Shown: positions 25,921-40,057 of the stretch, piece by piece
Layout: every line of letters begins with the position of its first letter
How positions within the stretch are numbered: the first letter of the stretch is position 1
NCBI RefSeq assembly: GCF_006345805.1
Contig: NC_042997.1
Span: 97,092,001 to 97,156,000 of the forward strand
Direction of reading: 5' to 3'
DNA length: 64,000 bases
From: Octopus sinensis
Lineage: Eukaryota
Translations under genes and position numbers: made by a program
Notes under the pieces: model-generated
Database searches by the model: none
Seen by the model: only the letters and a program-made list of their open reading frames with translations
What the model was told of the DNA's origin: nothing

Positions 25921-26172
25921 AAGACCCGCTGTAATGATTTGGGATACAGAAGAGAAACTGTACACAGTTGTGGAAATTAGCTGCCCAGCGGATGTTAACA
26001 TAAAGCTGAAGATCAGTGAAAAACAGATATGTCTAGATATGTAATTATATGCATGAGAATACATGCATAAAGCAAAACATACAAATCTACACATACATAC
26101 AAAATGAAAATACCTTGTTGTTGCTGTAGAAATTCGAATAAAGGAGCCATGAATCTAGGTTAGAAATCTAGG
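25921..26172 (+). mobile_element. RLE-type non-LTR fragment (restriction-like endonuclease) plus putative 3' UTR repeat
   Basis: RPAVMIWDTEEKLYTVVEISCPADVNIKLKISEK (PD..(D/E)xK-type region), then 'atgcatgagaatac..aggagcc..ctaggttagaa', also seen at 38536-38822. Confidence 0.75.
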
Positions 26173-26214
26173 TTACTCTAATGCGCAAAATATCTTGAAA
26201 TAAAACCGGACAAT

Positions 26215-26912
26215 GACATACATACATACACACATAAATACATTCATACATGCGTACATACATAAATGTATGCATGCATACATTCATACATGCATGCATA
26301 CATACATACATACGTACATACATACATACGTACATACATACATACATACATACACACATGCATACATACATACGTACATACATACATACATACATACATA
26401 CATACATACATACATACATTCATACATACATACATACATGCATACATACATACATACATGCATACATACATACATACATACATACATACATACATACATA
26501 CATACGTACGTACGTACATACATACATACATACATACATACATACATACATACATACATTCATACATACATACATACATGCATACATACATACATACATG
26601 CATACATACATACATACATACATACATACATACATACGTACGTACGTACATACATACATACATACATACATACATACATACATACATACATTCATACATA
26701 CGTACATACATACATACATGCATACATACATACATACATACATACATACGTACGTACGTACATACATACATACATACATACATATATACATACATACATA
26801 CATACATACATACATACATACATACATACATACATACATACATTCATACATACATTCATACATACATTCATACATACATACATATATACATGCATACATA
26901 CATACATACATT
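26215..26912. repeat. Very long (CATA)n array
   Basis: ~700 bp; source of the MYVC/HTYI pseudo-ORFs. Confidence 0.97.
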
Positions 26913-27128
26913 CTAGCGCCTGATATTAAATAAAGTATTAACATTTACAGTATGAAATTAGTAGTTCCAGTTTTCAGTAACTATTGTAATTGTTAAGTAT
27001 ATAAATAGGTTGACTTCTTATTACTCTGGCGGTGGTCACATTGATGTAGACAGCTCTATTGAGATTCTAAATTCGATTAACGTAATGCATAGCTTCTTTG
27101 AATCCAACGGAGGAATAGCTAAATAAGA

Positions 27129-27165
<37 letters not shown>

Positions 27166-27526
27166 TACATATATACATTGCATATTTATGTACATATGCG
27201 AAACAACATTACTCAAAGTGACTTTCATGATGATTACATTAGTCCTTCAAGAAGGATATCACTATTGTATCTAACAATCCTTAAAAAACTCCACTGTTGT
27301 TTACCTTCGTGTTGCATTTGATTGAGTAGACCTTTAGTAACAGGAGATCAAAATGTAACCAGCCTATAATTTTCTATATCAAGATTGCATTATCTGATGT
27401 GATCTTACGTGTTTTAAAGGCTGTATTGTGTGATTCAAATAAGATTTTCCTACAATCTAGCAGTTCGAACGACAACTCAATTCTGCCTCATATATATATA
27501 AATAAATGTGTGTGTGTGTGTGTTTA

Positions 27527-27694
27527 GGCGTGACTGTGCGGTAAGAAGCTTGCTTACCAACCACATAATTCCGGGTACGGTTCCATGCGTGCCACTTTGG
27601 GCAAGTGTCTTCTACCATAGCCTCGGGCCGACCAAAGCCTTGTGAGTGGATTTGGTAGACGGAAACTGAAAGAAAGGCATGTCGTGTATATATA

Positions 27695-27733
<39 letters not shown>

Positions 27734-27925
27734 TCTTTGTGTCTGTGTTTGTCCCCCCACCATCGTTTGACAACCGATGTTGGTGTGTTTGTGTCCCCGT
27801 AACTTAGCGGTTCGGCAAATAAGACCAATAGAATAAGTACTGGGCTTACAAAGAATAAGTCCTAGGATCCGTTTCTTCGGCCAAAAGGAGGTGCTGCAGC
27901 ATTGCCTCGGTCAAATAACTGAAAC
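27527..27925 (+). mobile_element. SINE family A, full length
   Basis: Head, core, internal (TG)n and tail all match the family. Confidence 0.9.
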
Positions 27926-28054
27926 GTGTAAAAGAGTAAAATAGTAAATACACACACGCACATGCGCGCGCACACCTTGAGAACAATCATCGCTGCTATA
28001 TAGACACAGAATGTATTTCTATTTATCTAATGTACATTTCTCTATACAACTATA

Positions 28055-28151
28055 TACGTATGTACGTACGTATGTATGTATGTATGTGTATGTATGTATG
28101 TATGTATGTATGTATGTATGTTGTATGTATGTATGTATGTATGTATGTATG

Positions 28152-28185
<34 letters not shown>

Positions 28186-28265
28186 TATGTATGTATGTAT
28201 GTATGTATGTTATATGTATGTATGTATGTATGTATATATGTATGTATGTATGTAATGTATGTATG

Positions 28266-28297
<32 letters not shown>

Positions 28298-28311
28298 TAT
28301 ATGTATGTATG

Positions 28312-28347
<36 letters not shown>

Positions 28348-28349
28348 TG

Positions 28350-28381
<32 letters not shown>

Positions 28382-28395
28382 TGTATGTATGTATG

Positions 28396-28427
<32 letters not shown>

Positions 28428-28575
28428 TGTATGTATGTATATATGTATGTATGTATATATATATGTATGTATGTATGTATGTTTGTATGTATGTATATAT
28501 GTATGTATATATATATATGTATGTATATATATATGTATGTATGTATGTATGTTTGTATGTATGTATATATGTATG

Positions 28576-28627
<52 letters not shown>

Positions 28628-28647
28628 TGTATGTATGTATGTATGTA
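28055..28647. repeat. Very long (TATG)n array
   Basis: Direct reading. Confidence 0.97.
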
Positions 28648-30305
28648 TTGGAATGCTTGGAATAGGTTTCTCTATAGCTAAAACCATGGGTCATATATAT
28701 TCACACAGAATTTAGATATATTTTGATTAAACATATGAATGTGACACCGTATGCATATTTAATAAACAAAACATCTACCCTGGCGTCAACAACCTTATGA
28801 AAATAATACGTTGGTATTTATGCATTTTTTTTTTTTTTGTATCTGGACGAAATCGGAGGAATATGCGATTATATGCATTGCGTTTTTGCTATTTGTAGGC
28901 AATTTTTTTTATCGATTCTGCTAAATTGAGTAGCAAAGTTAATTTGAAGAATCGCAATTCAGAAGATAAAGAAATGTAATTGAGTAGTTTGAAGTCATCT
29001 CTCTTACACACAAATTTATGTCACGTGACCTCATTACAAAGAGTCATTTTATTAGTAATTTATGAATTACTTCTTTATGAACTAAGCTAGGTTATTATTA
29101 TCTTATATTTATTGTGGCGGTGGGTGGAGGACGGAACTAGTAAGATCGATTTTGGCGTATTACTACGGCTAATTTTACTGACAATAGAGATCTGAAATCC
29201 AAATTTGACACTGGCGTGATATGAATTAAGAGTACAAATGGACGATATAAAATACATTATCAGACCTCTCATCCAGCCTCCGGAAATCCGGAATTTCCAG
29301 AAATCTGGGAATTCTATGTGGTATTGTGAAATATACTATACCCTGTATGGAGTAAAGAGACACTATTTTTGAAGTTAGTTAATTTGCAAAATTCTGCTTC
29401 TAAGGTATATTTATTTAAACAAAACTCTGCTTCTAAGGTATATTTATTTGTTCCTGTATAGGTTAAGTAAACACATGTTCTTTAACTTTCTTTGTTTGTC
29501 ATCTTATAATCATTATACAGTACGATATAGTTTATGAATTCTAAGTGGATTGATAGATACGAAACAGACACTGCTTTAGAAGTGTATGAATGTGAAGTTG
29601 TTGAATACAATTTAGTTTTTTAATTCTCATAATCTATTTCATAAGTTGGTTTCAAATTTTGGCACACGGCCAGCAAGTTTGGTTCGGTGGAGGGAATGAT
29701 CCGATTACATCCACCCCAATGCTGAACTGGTATTTACTTTACCGACCCCGAAATGATGAAATGTAAAGCTGACCCCGGCAGCATTTGAAAATTTATTTTA
29801 TGTATTAAGTACATATATAGACTACCTTCATAAAACCAGAAAATCCAGATATTCGAGCTACGTCCGGCTCCAAACTTGCCGGATATTTGGTCCTGTACTG
29901 AGCTTCTGTACAGTCTGTGTTTGTGTTTCAAAATCACCATTCGTATGTATTCGTGTTTGTGTTTAAAAATCATTTGCACAACAGTTGTCCTACAGTGTAT
30001 ATAGGAAAATGAGATACATATAAATACAGAAATAAAACGTACTTATGGTCTCATAATTTGCATAAGTGAAGTTAAAATAAGCAAAGAGAATTAATTTAGA
30101 AAGGCCATTCGCATGCGTTTGAACAACAAAGACGAAGAGGGATTTATTAAATACCATACATGGTCCTAAATATGCCCAGATGACTTTTCTACCTTCTCTA
30201 GAGATAATTTCAATAATTGTAGAATTTATCGTTTATGTTATATTAGATACCATACATGTGTGAGTTGGAAAGGAGAGAGTGATAGAAAGCGGGGACTATT
30301 GCGTG

Positions 30306-30396
<91 letters not shown>

Positions 30397-30398
<2 letters not shown>

Positions 30399-32192
30399 GT
30401 TTCTTTATTAGCCACACAGGGCCGAACACAAAGGGGACAAAATACAATATAGAGCTTTTCTTTGTGAAAAAAACAAAAAAGGAGAGAGAAAAATAAAATT
30501 TCGATCAAAAGGGATCGTGCATCACAGTAATGTCATAAATGTAAAAAAAAAAACAGATTAGGTTTATTTGTGGAAAGAAAAGCCTACGGAAAAGACCACA
30601 GAAACCTCGGGCAATAATATCAACCAAAAACACATTACAGTAACTCTCTATTTTTTTCTTTCTTTTTCTGGTTCATAGGATTATGCTCGAGGTGACACCG
30701 TCATTCACACGTGCCATCCTTGCTACATTCACCCATCTTTTATTGAAACATTTGCTAAACAAAACCTCACTCTACTCTCACCTTCCTTTTCAAGTGATAC
30801 TTGAAGAAGTTGCTGAGAGATTGATCAGAAGGGAAAGGATTTTCTCTAGGCCTTCAGACGCGTCCACCATACACATTCTTTCGCCATAGCCACAAGTACG
30901 ATAAAAATGGCTCTTCCTTCCCGTTTGATGGAAAGGAGGCGCGACACGCAATAGCAGTCGTTCGACATAGGCCCACAAGTCGGAAATGGTTGGACACTGT
31001 ACGAATGCGTACAGAATGGTTTCGTGCCCTGACCGCATCTCGGGCAGGTCAGCCTGGTGTTTTTTTTTATCCATGCCTGTAGAGCTTATCCCGAACGGGT
31101 AGCGCTTCTCGATAGCACTGCCAGGCCAGGGATTTCTGGAAATTGTCCATAGGTTCCGGCCCGAAAGTCGTCTTGAACAGGCGGGTCAGCTATTCCTCGT
31201 CGATGCCCAGGTTCGCCCCGCGATCGTCGTTGTGCCTCCCCTCCACTAATCCCCTATAGAATGCTATCGAGCCAGGATGGCACCGTTGCTCGAGAGCAAC
31301 GCGACACTCGCGGTGCCATTCGCTCTTCCTCGGCTTCTTTTTTATCCACGAATGCAGTTCGGTCATGAAGACGAGCTGCGGGAAAGTGCGCCTCACAAAC
31401 GGCAACCACACCTGTTCACCGTGGTCTACGTAGAGCCGGGGAAGTCACAGTCTCAGCGCGTGTCTGCGCATCAGCAACCACGGCATGCCGAGCCCTCCTT
31501 TTAGCGGGTGTTAGCAGCAAATGGATCGCCTGACTACCGAAACGCTTCCTTTCCACAAGAAGCGGAAGAGGATGCGTTCCAGTTTGGTGATGGTAGGGTT
31601 GGGACATGGTACGACGTTCAGGCGGTAGTAGATGATAGGCGTGATGTACGTGTTCGCCACCTCCGCTCGACCTTTTAGGGACAGCTTCCTCTCGGCCCAT
31701 TGCCGGGCGAGAGTGGCCATCCTACTCGTTATTTCGTTCCAGTTCTTCTCCGTTTGGAGATCTGGACGACACCAGACTCCGAGCAGCTCGACCGGACCGT
31801 CGGTCCAGCGTCCCACGACGGAGGCGCTGCTGGACGGCATGGGCTTGCTTCTCCAGGTGCTGATCCGCAAGCCCACTGATTTTACCCGGTTAATTTTCGC
31901 TCTTGTTACCGTTTCGTAGTCTTGCAGTGTCTCGCCGACTAGCTCGATGTGGTCCTGGCTAGACACTATGACGGTGACGTAGTCCGCGTATGCGGTCACG
32001 CTCGTCCCACATCCCAATTCTCGCGGGATACCCTTCAGCGTCGCCAGCTTCCACAGCAGTGGCTCGAGGGTCAATACGTACAGAAACGACGAGAGGGGGC
32101 ATCCGTGACGGACCGAACGTGTCGAAAGGTATCGATAGATGCCTTTGTATAGGGCAGCGATCCAGCCGCGGAAAACGAGACCGAAACCTGGC
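30397..32192 (-). mobile_element. Tx1/L1-clade LINE, 5'-truncated (RT C-half, Zn-knuckle-like region, 3' UTR with AATAAA)
   Basis: LEPLL..VTAYADYVTV..LLGVW..KLSLKGRAEVANTY..FRFLWKG and ETILYAFVQCP; 3' end 'gtggctaataaagaaactt' abuts (TATC)n. Confidence 0.9.
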
Positions 32193-32199
32193 GGAAGAA

Positions 32200-33350
32200 T
32201 CTCGGAGGAGACAAAGAAAAGGCTAGAGATACGGGAAACAGTGAAGAATATGACAGACCGCTTCGAATATTCGATTCTTTGCTAAGCGATCAGACAACAT
32301 TTAAGAAATGACTTCAAAGATTATAGACCAAAGAATTGATGCAGATTGTAGAGGAAAGGAAAAGTTTTAAATAATGCAGAAAAGGGCTGACACTCTAGAG
32401 GTGAGAGGCAATGGAATTTAAGAAGAAAGATGGGCTCACGGCGACAAACAATGGAGAGATAGGAGAGGTATGCAAAACCTTCTACACCAACCTTTATAAA
32501 TCATCAGTGAAACTCGATCCTACACCGCCACAAATGCTTGAAGAATGTCACCTATTCTAAGAAATGAAATTGAAAATGATCTCAAACTGATGAAAACGGA
32601 CAAAGCTCTTGGGAAAGATTGCATTACAACAGGGATGTTAAGGTGCAGAAGTGAAGAGCTGTGGAAAATCTTCGTTCTACTCTTCAGTCGCTATCTGAAG
32701 GAAAGAGTCAAGTATCACTTTGCCTCATAAGAAAAGTGATAAAAATTTAAAAACAAACAACCCCCTATATCTCTTGCCTCACCTCTGTAAGCTTTTCACG
32801 AAGATCATAATCACCAGACTATCAAAACACCTCGACGACCGGCAGTCGAAGGACCAAGTAGGATTCTATAAGAGCTCTAGTACTATAGTTTACATATGAA
32901 CTCTAATACATAGAACGAGCGAACGAATACAAGTTTCCTCTGTATATCGCTTTGGCGCAATACATCAAACTGCTCAGAGATGCGAACTTTGGATGCACAA
33001 CAGATTTAGCTCCGCTATCACCGTCAGAAATGGTCCCAACTGAGTAGGGTATCAAGCACGTAGATAACATACCTCCAAAGCTCTTTACCGCATGTTCAGA
33101 AATGGATGTTCATCAAGGACATCGACTGGATAGGTGGCATGAACATCAGTGGCAAGCAACTAACACACCTCGGATTCGTAGTTGACTAGCTGCAGACCAA
33201 GCTGACAGAGGTGAATATTAAGAGCTTAGCTGTAAGAACTTAAAATGAACAGCATGAGAACTAAATATATGAGGTCGGAAGACATAGCACAAGGCGAAAA
33301 GAGGTGTGAAGTGATTAAATCAAGGTGGTAAAGGAGTACGTCTACTTAGA
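32200..33350 (+). mobile_element. Degenerate RTE-type LINE RT region
   Basis: EIENDLKLMKTDKALGKDCITT, PIYLLPHLCKLFTKII, GMNISGKQLTHL; many stops. Confidence 0.75.
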
Positions 33351-33455
33351 GTAAGCAGTGAATAAGTCTATGAGTCTATGACTTGTCGCGAAGGAGCTTT
33401 TATGATATTTACTGCATCTCCTGTCATGTATGTATATATGTATGTATATATATAT

Positions 33456-33487
<32 letters not shown>

Positions 33488-33671
33488 TGTATGTATGTAT
33501 GTATTTATGTATGTATGTATGTATATGTATGCATGTATGTATGTACGTATGTACGTATGTATGCATGTATATATGTATGTATGTATGCATGTATGTATGC
33601 GTCCAGCCAGCCAGCCAGCCACAACCGTCCGTCCAACCGACAACCTGTCTGTCTATCTATCAATCTATCTT

Positions 33672-33721
<50 letters not shown>

Positions 33722-34189
33722 ATATATATATATATTATATATATATTATATATATATATATATATTTACTTATCTATTTGTATGCATGTATGTGTGCATT
33801 TATACACTCGTAATTATATATTCAACTGCAGCTATCGCCTTTCCTTTCTGAAGCTTAGACGAAAATTTCAGATTTATGAAATTCACTGCACATACCACAA
33901 CCTGTTCCAACCTATATATAATATGAATTATTTATATCTGTTAGTGGTAACATTTAGCCACTACACTTTGCTCTCTTTTGTACCAACAATATAAATAATT
34001 CTTGTACCTGTCTGAAACATTCAGTTTATTTATTTGTAGGTAACTACGACTAGACTCAATAATGCTGACAAAGTAAAATAGACCGAAACTTACACACGCA
34101 TGCAAACATACACACACACACATATATGTGCGTGTGCATGTGTGTGTATGAGTGTGTGTGGGGAGTGCGCGCGTGTGTGCGTGTGTATA

Positions 34190-34294
34190 TGGTTCCCGGT
34201 TCTGTCCCACTGCGTGGACCCCCCGGGCAGGTGTCTTCTATTGCAGCCTTGGGCCGACTAATGTCTTATGAGTGAACTTGGTACACAGAAACTG

Positions 34295-34357
<63 letters not shown>

Positions 34358-34570
34358 TGTGTATGTATATATTTATGTGAATGTGCCTTTATATCTGTAT
34401 TTGTCCCTCGCCCACTATTGTTTGACAACCGATGTTGGTGTGTTTCCTTCCCTGTAATTAGTAGTTCGGCAAAACAGGCCGATAGAATAAGTATTAGGCT
34501 TTCTTCCACACAAAAAAACCTTTAAGGCTGTGCTTCAGCATGGCCGCAATCAAATAACTGAAACACGTAA
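34190..34570 (+). mobile_element. SINE family A
   Basis: Core and tail match; internal TA/TG array. Confidence 0.8.
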
Positions 34571-34934
34571 AAAAATAAAAGAATATGTAAGCAACTATTT
34601 GTACTTTAGGTATATGTTTAGTATTATGCCGATTAAAGCACTTTCACCGTTCAGGCTACCTGATGTCAGCCACCATTATGATATAATTGTCACTGGATCT
34701 CCGTCAGGAATTCTGTAGTGTTCGTTGAATTTATAATGAATGAAGGAAACGAAAACAGGAGTTAGCAAGAATCCTTATTCAATACAAGAATCGTTTAGAC
34801 ACATCCTGCCTCTGTTCCTTACGGGTGGGGTATTGCACAGCTGGTTGTGTTGCATCCATCAATGTAGGGCTGTGTCTCGTCAGGTGTCCTCGTTTAAATA
34901 CGATACTTCGCTACATATTCTTTTATTCTTTTAC

Positions 34935-35165
34935 TTGTATCAGACTTTTGACTGCGGCTATGCTGGAGCACCGCTTTTAGTTGAACAATTCGAACTCGGG
35001 ACTTATTCTTTGTAAATCTAGTACTTTTTCTATCGGTCTCTTTTGCTGGAGAGACGTAAACGCACCAACATCGGTTGTCAAGCGACGGTGGCGGGTGGGG
35101 AGGGAACAGATGCACAAACATATATCTATCTAACTCTCTCTATATATATATATATTTACATATCT

Positions 35166-35230
<65 letters not shown>

Positions 35231-35600
35231 AAAAAAGCAACAAGAATGGATTAAATTTCGGTACGATCGTTTCGTACGAGGACATCTTTAATAAGCTACA
35301 AAAAGTGCAGTGAATACAGATGGCTCCGGTGCATCCTAGTTAAGAACCATATTCATGTGAATTCTTTAGAATTCACTAGAATCTCAATTACTTAACCGTA
35401 TATATATATATATATACATATATATTTATACATATATATATATACATATATATATATACACGACGGGCTTCTTTCAGTTTCCGCGCACCAAATCCACTCA
35501 CAAGACTTTGGTCGGCCCGAGTCTATAGAAGAAGATACTTGTCCAAGGTGCCACGCAGTAGAACTGAACCCAGAACCATGTCGTTGGGAAGCAAGTCACG
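34935..35600 (-). mobile_element. SINE family A split by a ~330-bp internal microsatellite region
   Basis: Tail at 34935-35130, head at 35460-35600. Confidence 0.75.
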
Positions 35601-36589
35601 CCTACTAAGTTTCGTTTGGCATGTTGTGGCGGCCCGTAGGATGTCGGCTGTGCTGACAGATGATGGAAACAATTTTGGAGTTATCACCGCTAGAGGGATC
35701 TAGCTGTAGTTCACAGTGAATACCTAGCATAAGGTAATGTAATAAAAGATTGTGAATAAAACATGACAAAGGATACGAAATATAACATAAAATGAAGAAG
35801 GATAGGTATACACATGTTGCCATGACCACATATATAGACGTACACCCCCCCCCCACTCGATCGCGCCTTTAAGGAGATGTCAGTGAATATGGTCATAAAC
35901 AACCAAGATAGTCATATTAGAGGCAGATAAATGAACGGTACCTTATCTCCCTGTTGCGCAGCCAGTCAAGAGTCGGTTACAGATAACTGGGCCGGCGTAT
36001 TTAGCGACGGTTTGGCACACGCACATCCAGATGTACAAGTATTTATATATATACATAGGCACATACTCATATATGTAGACTGAATGATCAGACTGCCTTT
36101 AAATTGGGAGACTTATTCTTAATTTTTAATAATCATCTCGTTTCTTTTTTTTTTTTTTTAACTTTTAGAGTGTCTCAACAATTGCTGCGAGGAATTTCCT
36201 CTTCTTTACTAGCTAAGAGGCAAATTTCTATAGATTAATTACTTGCAATGTACGGCATTCACTGTTTCAGGCTTTTGATTAATTACTAGAATTCATATAC
36301 TTCGCATTTTTTAAACATACACGCATACATACATACATACATACATACATACATACATACATACATACATACATACATACATACATACCTGCCTGCATCC
36401 ATGCATACATACATACATACATACATACATACATACATACATACATACATACATTACATACATACATAGAAATCTTGAAATAAAGCTGAATAATGAAACA
36501 CACTTACACACATTTATGTGAGTGTGTATACATATATATATATATATCCCCTTCTTACTAGCTCTCCTGTGTGACGCCTCTGTCCGGCA

Positions 36590-36783
36590 TTCGGCATGAT
36601 AGATCGCTAGCCACTACACATTCTTTATTTTCTCTCCTTGTTTCTTTCTGCGTTCCTTTCTCCGGAAGAGCGTAGGCTCGAAACGTTGAATGCTTTTTCA
36701 CTTCCCTAGGGTTAAACTAATACATTTATTTGTTGTCTACACCACCTGTCTACGTCTTTTATTTTTCATGTGAATTCTCCCTA
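36590..36783 (+). mobile_element. ~200-bp PLE-type repeat with a degenerate hammerhead
   Basis: 'atgatagatcgctagccactacac..gaagagcgtaggctcgaaacgt..ccacctgtc'. Confidence 0.75.
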
Positions 36784-37091
36784 TACATATATATATAATA
36801 TAGATAGATAGATAGATACATACATACATACATAATACATACATACATACATACCTATGTATATACATATATATACATATATATATGTGTATGTATATAT
36901 GGGTGTGCGTGCATATATTTATGCATGTAGATATATATGTGTGTGAATATGAGTGTATACATAAATATACATAAGAACGGGTATACATAAATGTTTGCTA
37001 CTATTTTAAAGACTAATAGACCCTGTGTTAAATATATATATATAATATATGTATATATGTATGTATAGGAGTATGTATATTTATACATATG

Positions 37092-37140
<49 letters not shown>

Positions 37141-37156
37141 ATATTGTTTATGTGTA

Positions 37157-37187
<31 letters not shown>

Positions 37188-37224
37188 ATATACATATATT
37201 TTTATGTGTATATTATATATATAT

Positions 37225-37265
<41 letters not shown>

Positions 37266-37279
37266 TTGTTTATGTGTAT

Positions 37280-37311
<32 letters not shown>

Positions 37312-37404
37312 GGGCTGAGTAGACAACGAAAGAAGGACACTCACATATTTTGACTGATATGTATAAACCAAAACAATTTGAACTAATATATCTATCTATC
37401 TATC

Positions 37405-37476
<72 letters not shown>

Positions 37477-37478
<2 letters not shown>

Positions 37479-37623
37479 CGATAAGGAAATAGAGGAAAAA
37501 CAACAATGAGAAGTGTGTCTTTGGTGCTAAAAAGCCATTGCTTAATTAGTTAACTAATTAAGTTATGGCCTTTTAGAACCAAAGATACACTTCTCGTTGT
37601 TTTTCCTCCATTATCGTATCGTC
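37477..37623. repeat. Loopless imperfect palindrome
   Basis: Centre cttaattagtt|aactaattaag; ~70-bp arms. Confidence 0.85.
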
Positions 37624-37799
37624 TATATATACATTAAACTACGGTTTACCTTTTTAATTACCTGCTGTCGTATAACTTATACCAAGAACCATACTTACTG
37701 AGTTAATTACTAGGAGTGCTTGGGACACATCTATCCCTTAGAGGGTTTAAACACCTCTAACTTATACCTTACATAATATATACATATATATATATATAC

Positions 37800-37841
<42 letters not shown>

Positions 37842-37899
37842 TATATATATATATAGATATAATATATATATATATAGTATAGATGTATGTACATATATG

Positions 37900-37934
<35 letters not shown>

Positions 37935-37937
<3 letters not shown>

Positions 37938-38425
37938 TAACGAAGATGTACAGGTGTCTGATGTCTTGGAGGTGCTCCACGAACTGGTTAGCCAAGTGGC
38001 TTCCCGTTTGACCGATGAACAGAGAAGGGCAGAAAGAGCTGTAGTAAGTTACGTTGCTAGAAGTGCAAGTAAAGGAATCTGTGATATGATAGGGTCGATG
38101 ATGGGTGCCTGTAAGGATGGTGGTGTTGGAAAGGTAGGGGTAAGTGCGACAGCATGGGCGGGAGCAGGGGAACGAGCCAGGCTTGGAGGTGAGGTTAGGG
38201 ATGAAACTATGGACCAGGAGGTCACGCAGGTTGCGGGCTCGTTTGGAGGGAAGAGGTAGGTTGGGGAAGCTTGTGAGGTAGAGGGGTCAGACTGGAGTCG
38301 CTGGAAGGCTCGGAGAATGGCATGTTGGAGGGGAAGGATGGAGGGGTGGCAGGTGAGCGGGAAACGGGAGACGGAAAACGGCGGGGAGGGAGAGCAGAAA
38401 CACGGTCCACGGAACGTGCTCTGGC
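37935..38425 (-). mobile_element. Penelope-like element fragment (linker plus GIY-YIG)
   Basis: RARNLRDLLVHS..PGSFPC..FTCTSSNVTY..FIGQTGSHLANQFVEHL; same family as 46085-46755. Confidence 0.85.
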
Positions 38426-38535
38426 AAGGGCTGTGTGGACATACATACATACATACATACATACATACATACATACATACATACATACATACATACATAC
38501 ATACATACATGCATACATATATAATTTAAATATAT

Positions 38536-38822
38536 ATCAGCATCTAGATATGCAACTATATGCATGAGAATACAAACTGAAAGCAAGACATACAAATCAG
38601 CACATATACACACATACATACATACATACATACATACATACATACATACATACATACATACATACAACATACATACATACATGCATACACACATACATAC
38701 ATACATACATACATACATACATACATACATACATACATACATACATACATACATACATACAAAAATAACCTATTGTTGGTGTTGAAATTCAAATGAAGGA
38801 GCCTTGAAACTAGGTTAGAAAG
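38536..38822 (+). mobile_element. Dispersed repeat with an internal (CATA)n array (putative RLE-element 3' UTR)
   Basis: Both flanks match 26032-26172. Confidence 0.6.
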
Positions 38823-39352
38823 TTAGTGATACATCCGGAAATTGTATAGATGTTTATTGTCTTGGCATAGAATTGCAATTGAGACAAAGTTAAAGGTCTA
38901 CAATGTTTGTGCTAAAGTGTTCGTTAGTATATACATGGGAGATCTGGTTTACTTATCATAGACATTTAGAAAGGGTGGGACGATTTCGACAACAGTGTTT
39001 TAACCGTACACTAAGTATCCGAGTGCAAATTTAATTGACGTTGAAGTTCGCAAACACAGTCTATCTGTGTAGAGTCGAGTACTTCTGCAGTCACTACGAC
39101 TCAGTTTTTATGTGGTCAGGACAAATGGCTTAAGCGAAAAATCAACCAACTAGATCACTGGAACTCTGTCAAAAACAGAGGATCAAAACGTTAGATTAAC
39201 AAATATCATCACCAAGAAGTCAAGCAGTCAGAACGATAGACTTCTGCCAAAACAAAAATTTTGACCAAAACAACCATACAGCCAAGGAGACGGAGAAAAA
39301 CAAATGACGTCACTAATTTTACAATCAATCAAAACATTATCCGTTACCGTAA

Positions 39353-39387
<35 letters not shown>

Positions 39388-39528
39388 ATGAAAGAAGGAA
39401 GATGAAGAATTATGGATGTGTAATTAATTGAAAGTTTTTTTTATAAAAACAATATAAAGAAATTATACATTATAAAGCTCAAAAGGAGAAATGGCAGATG
39501 CCAAAGACTTACATATATGCTTCAAACC

Positions 39529-39997
39529 CTTAACATATTGTGGAAACTTTCTCCTTATATGATACTGATTAACTAGTGAAATTTTTAGATTATTTAATCC
39601 CTAATGAAGACCTAACATCCTTGAACTGATTATATGTATATATATATATATATATATATGAATAAATGAAAAGAATGGAGTCGAACAAAGATTTTAACAA
39701 AATTTCTTTACTTTCAACATATGTTTCGAAGACTGCAACTATATGCATGAGAATACATACTGAAAGCAAGACATACAGTCTTCGAAACATATGTCGAAAG
39801 TAAAGGAATTTTGTTAAAATCTTCGTTCGACTCCATTCTTTTCATTTATTCATATAAAAAAAACACACAAATTTCCACACACAAACACGGGGTTCTGCCC
39901 TTGGCATATAACTTCAACTGTGTTTTACTGACGTGAATTTGCTACCCAGGTATCGATTAACCGAATTATCCATACTAGGATAATTCATTCATCTACT

Positions 39998-40057
<60 letters not shown>

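Noticed and set aside
26213-28715. Long ORFs (up to 236 aa) of MYVC/HTYI/IYIY repeats, here and throughout the window
   Set aside because: They are translations of (CATA)n, (TA)n, (CA)n and (GATA)n microsatellites.
35622-36024. Solo LTR (TGTTGT...CACA)
   Set aside because: No TSD and no properly placed poly(A) signal; left unclassified.
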